DNA of 64,000 nt from Candidatus Latescibacterota bacterium (GTDB lineage: Bacteria; Latescibacterota; UBA2968; UBA8231). How positions within the stretch are numbered: the stretch's first letter is position 1; each line of letters begins with the position of its first letter. Below are positions 60,643 to 64,000 of the stretch, piece after piece. Where the stretch lies: assembly GCA_965248265.1 (NCBI GenBank), contig CBDFJF010000002.1, positions 3,904,001 to 3,968,000 on the forward strand, written 5' to 3'. The translations under genes were made by a program, and so were the position numbers. Under the pieces are notes generated by a model. The model ran no database searches and was not told where the DNA came from. It saw only the letters and a list, made by a program, of their open reading frames with translations.

Positions 60643-61548
60643 ATGAATAACAACCCCAAAAGACCGTTTCCTGAATGGCTGAAGGTAAAGGCGCCCGGAT
60701 CGAGGAATTACCTCGAGCTCAAGCGTTTGATGCGGTCATTGAATCTCAACACGGTTTGTGAGAGCGCCCATTGTCCGAACATGGGCGAATGCTGGGACAG
60801 CCGCACCGCAACCTTCATGATTCTTGGCGATGTGTGCACCCGGAGCTGTGGTTTTTGTGCGGTCAAAACGGGGAGGCCGACATGGCTTGACGAAGGAGAG
60901 CCTGAACGCGTCGCCGAGGCGATAGCCAAATTAGATCTTCGGCACGCCGTCATAACCTCCGTCAACAGAGATGAGCTGGAGGATGGCGGGGCTGGGATAT
61001 TCGCTCACACCCTGGAGGCGGTTCACCGACTCTGCCCGGAGACCACGATCGAGGTCTTGATCCCGGATTTTCAGGGAAACTGGGACGCCCTGAACGTCGT
61101 CCTCGCGGCAGCTCCCGACATTCTCAATCACAACATAGAGACGGTGCCCCGGCTCTATACCTCGATGAGGCCGCAGGCGAAATATCAGCGCTCACTGGAT
61201 CTGTTGGAACGAGCGCGGATCGACGGCAGCGCTCCTACCAAGTCTGGAATAATGCTCGGAGCTGGAGAGACGATGGAGGAGGCTGAGCAGACAATCACCG
61301 ACCTGGCGCAAGTCGGGTGTAGCATCCTCACCGTTGGCCAGTATCTGAGCCCGTCAGCCAAGCACGTGCCGATCGCCCGCTTCGTCCATCCGGACGAATT
61401 CGACGAGCTGGGCGCTTTTGCCCGCCGCATCGGCTTCGGCCACGTAGAATCGGGGCCACTGGTGCGCAGTTCCTACCATGCGGCCCAGCAAGTCGACACC
61501 TTCGAACGCACACTCGCTGAACCTCTCATAAACCTGAACTCCTTGTAG
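60643..61548 (+). CDS. lipA: Lipoyl synthase
   Basis: CESAHCPNMGEC, CTRSCGFC, RSSYHA. Confidence 0.96.
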   Translation: MNNNPKRPFPEWLKVKAPGSRNYLELKRLMRSLNLNTVCESAHCPNMGECWDSRTATFMILGDVCTRSCGFCAVKTGRPTWLDEGEPERVAEAIAKLDLRHAVITSVNRDELEDGGAGIFAHTLEAVHRLCPETTIEVLIPDFQGNWDALNVVLAAAPDILNHNIETVPRLYTSMRPQAKYQRSLDLLERARIDGSAPTKSGIMLGAGETMEEAEQTITDLAQVGCSILTVGQYLSPSAKHVPIARFVHPDEFDELGAFARRIGFGHVESGPLVRSSYHAAQQVDTFERTLAEPLINLNSL

Positions 61549-61557
61549 AATCCGATT

Positions 61558-62565
61558 ATGAATCTAGACAAGAAATCCGTACCTCCCTACCTGCGGCGCA
61601 AGAAGATCATCGTCCAGGGCGAGCATGTCACCGATGTCCAGCCCGTGGGTGACGGAGTCAAGAACATCATCTATAGAGTCGTAACCACGCAGAAGCGGCT
61701 CATCGTCAAGCAGGCACGTTCCCGCGCCAACACCAGAGGCAGGATGTTTCTGGATCGCAAGCGGGTGTTCCAGGAGAAAAGCTGCATTGAGGTGCTGTCT
61801 CAGATTCTGCCTCCGGACATCATTCCGGAAGTGCATCTCGAGGACCGCACCAATTTTGTGCTCGTGTCCGACGCTCCTCCACGCGAAGCGGCACTTTGGG
61901 AGGACGAACTCGCTACCGGAAAGATCGACCTGCAGATCGCAGCTCAGTGCGGGGAACTGCTGGCCACCGTGCACAACCACACCAAGAGGGCAAAAGCCCT
62001 CAAGACCCAGTTCAAATCGACGAAGCCTTTCGAACAGTTGCGGATAGAGCCTCTCTACAAGGCCATGATCCCCGACTACCCGGAGCAGCAGAAATTAATC
62101 GAGGCCCAGGCACGTGCCTTGACCAAGGAGGCCGTTGTACTCGTCCTCGGAGACCTTCGGCCGCGAAACGTCTGGGTCAATTCGGGCCAGGTGTTCCTCG
62201 TCGACTTCGCCACGGCTCACTACGGCCATCCCTCCTTCGACGCGGCGTTTTACGCCAGTGATCTGTGCCTGAAGGCGATCCTCAACGCCCCGCAGAAGGC
62301 GGCATACCTGGAAGGCATCAATGTCTTCTGGATGTCCTACTTCAGACTCATCACCTACGCCAAGAAGGCGGAAGTCGAACGCAACTCGGTCAGGGATTTT
62401 GGCTGCCTCTTGCTCAGTGCAGCTGCCGGGCACATGCCGGAATTCGAACTGGAAGAGGAGATCCAGGATCTGACGACCCGAATCGGTCAGAGCTTGCTCT
62501 TCACCGAACTCGACAAAATCGAGGACATCACGGAGTTCATCAACAGAACCCTGATTGATGGATGA
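61558..62565 (+). CDS. Phosphotransferase, methylthioribose-kinase-like
   Basis: VGDG.KN..YRV, LIVKQA, GDLRPRN, VDF...YG.P.FD. Confidence 0.75.
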   Translation: MNLDKKSVPPYLRRKKIIVQGEHVTDVQPVGDGVKNIIYRVVTTQKRLIVKQARSRANTRGRMFLDRKRVFQEKSCIEVLSQILPPDIIPEVHLEDRTNFVLVSDAPPREAALWEDELATGKIDLQIAAQCGELLATVHNHTKRAKALKTQFKSTKPFEQLRIEPLYKAMIPDYPEQQKLIEAQARALTKEAVVLVLGDLRPRNVWVNSGQVFLVDFATAHYGHPSFDAAFYASDLCLKAILNAPQKAAYLEGINVFWMSYFRLITYAKKAEVERNSVRDFGCLLLSAAAGHMPEFELEEEIQDLTTRIGQSLLFTELDKIEDITEFINRTLIDG

Positions 62566-62600
62566 GAGCATCCTGACATCCTCCCTGATCGTCAGAAATT

Positions 62601-63347
62601 CTATATGTGGGCGCGCAGATCCTTGCTGCTCGAGAGGATGTGGTCCGCCATGGCCTCACGAGCCACTTCCGCCTCCCGGGCGACCAGCGCCTTGAGGATG
62701 GCTCGATGCTCCTCGACGGACAGCCTCGCGCGGTCAACGGCATTTCCTGAGGGCGTCTTCAAACTTCCCTTTATCCATTCCTGCAGGTAGCCTCTGGTCG
62801 TGCTGACCAGTCGCTGCAGAATCGGATTCTGGGTGGCACTGGCTATTTCGAGATGGAAGCGCAGGTCACACGAGAGAAAAAGCTCTGAACTGAGAACGCT
62901 TCCCTCCATCCCCTGGAGGTGGGTCGCGATCGCTTCCAGGTCTTCTTCCCGAGCGCGCGTCGCGGCCCAGAACGCGGTGTTGGATTCGAGCATCAGCCGG
63001 GTCTCGACAAGGTTCTCGACATCGTTGCCATCAAGCAACATCCCCCACTGCAGGGTTCGCCCGAGGTGTTGCCGGTTGTCAGCTACGAACGTGCCCTCTC
63101 CAACCCTGCCATCAACGATGCCCATCGTTGTCAGCGAACGGAGTGCCTCGCGCACGGAGGTCCGCCCCACGCCGAATCGTTTACACAACTCTCGCTCAGA
63201 CGGAAGGCGGTCACCGGACTTGAGCAACGATCGCGAAATCAGGCTGATGATCTGTTCCACGATGGCATCGCTGACCGAGCTGCGCTCGATCGGCTGCAGT
63301 TGCTCGGCTGCGCTTTCGATCCTGGTATTGGTACCTAAGTCATTCAT
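62601..63347 (-). CDS. FadR/GntR-family regulator
   Basis: GDRLPSERELCKRFGVGRTSVREAL, FCD domain D..FH..IA.A..N. Confidence 0.93.
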   Translation of the reverse strand: MNDLGTNTRIESAAEQLQPIERSSVSDAIVEQIISLISRSLLKSGDRLPSERELCKRFGVGRTSVREALRSLTTMGIVDGRVGEGTFVADNRQHLGRTLQWGMLLDGNDVENLVETRLMLESNTAFWAATRAREEDLEAIATHLQGMEGSVLSSELFLSCDLRFHLEIASATQNPILQRLVSTTRGYLQEWIKGSLKTPSGNAVDRARLSVEEHRAILKALVAREAEVAREAMADHILSSSKDLRAHI

Positions 63348-63412
63348 TAATATGACAGTTATAACAAATAGTAACAAAACCTCAGTAGTCGACTGACAAT
63401 TTCCGTTGCGAA

Positions 63413-63423
63413 AGGTCTGACCA
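63413..63423. promoter_or_regulatory. Putative FadR-subfamily operator
   Basis: aGGTCTGACCa palindrome in the divergent promoter region. Confidence 0.55.
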
Positions 63424-63496
63424 TCAGTCATATTACCATTATTATTCAGGCATTGTCAAGGGATATTCGAATACCCCAGAATCGAGAGGTTTCGTC

Positions 63497-64000
63497 ATGG
63501 GACAGATCACCGACATCGGAATGAGAATCGAACTGGTCTCGATGGACCAGCATTTTGAAGACATATCAATCGCGTTGTATGAGCAACAGACAGAGCACGG
63601 ACCTCGTTTCCTCGTCAAGACCTACAGCCAAAGAGAAGGCTCGGACGAACGCATGAGATTTCTCGTCGAGACCATGGTCTGTCTCGGTGGGATGGAAACG
63701 ACGGCGGATCCTGCTGGCCATTTGGTATGGTTCCCATGTGGCACCAGACATTTCGCCGCCATCAGACGGGTGTTCTTGGAGAGTTGCAAGATCCCGACTG
63801 AGCAGGAGCCCGTGCCCAAACCCATGAAGACGTTCGACAAGAAGGCTGACGCCGAAATCACCGTAGTGAGTGAAGGCAACGGACAGTACCGGGTCACGGC
63901 GGCGGAATCCAACGAGAAAGTAGAGCGCAGGATCAACGCGATAGCCGGCGGCCTGGTGAAACTCAGCGAAATGGAAGCCACGGACGACAACAGCATGCGT
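63497..64000 (+). CDS. Hypothetical protein, runs off the window
   Basis: GAGAGG RBS; open frame from MGQITDIGMRIELVSMD... to the window end. Confidence 0.7.
   Translation, partial: MGQITDIGMRIELVSMDQHFEDISIALYEQQTEHGPRFLVKTYSQREGSDERMRFLVETMVCLGGMETTADPAGHLVWFPCGTRHFAAIRRVFLESCKIPTEQEPVPKPMKTFDKKADAEITVVSEGNGQYRVTAAESNEKVERRINAIAGGLVKLSEMEATDDNSMR

Noticed and set aside
63413-63430. TGACCATCAG as a module-site arm
   Set aside because: Better explained as part of a FadR-type GGTCTGACC operator in core genome

Overview
GC-rich bacterial window with two clear halves. The secreted-protein style (FlgD-Ig/'NYPNPFN' domains, C-terminal [TS]WGx[VI]KA tails) suggests a Latescibacterota-like/FCB candidate lineage, but this is inference only. 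Positions 1-36.4 kb are accessory DNA lying 3' of a tRNA-Thr(TGT) gene (36370-36445, minus strand) and contain four blocks. (i) A decaying attC cassette array at about 0.3-3.7 kb with no integron integrase in view. (ii) A convergent minus-strand run of secreted/modular protein genes at 3.7-15.9 kb, punctuated by three 29-bp 11-7-11 palindromic sites resembling tyrosine-recombinase core sites, plus an intact IS3-family element with an ATT target duplication. (iii) A scar zone at 16-23 kb with HAD, integrase, IS91-like and response-regulator remnants and a 3' fragment of tRNA-Sec. (iv) A ~13.4-kb phage-satellite-like element (tyrosine integrase, serine resolvase, XRE, terminase small subunit, atypical family A DNA polymerase, excisionase-like HTH) carrying a tightly coupled nuclease-like/Ser-Thr kinase/unknown three-gene operon that is a candidate defence system. 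Positions 36.5-64 kb are ordinary core genome (pgi, LysR, GT2, MetE-like, DsbD, aroA, rarA, cvpA, gdhA, transporters, lptE, M23, ctpA, lipA, FadR). Top leads: the 11-7-11 site-delimited gene modules, the kinase operon, the PolA/TerS element and the WGxxK C-terminal tail. All family calls come from motif recognition by eye; no database searches were run.
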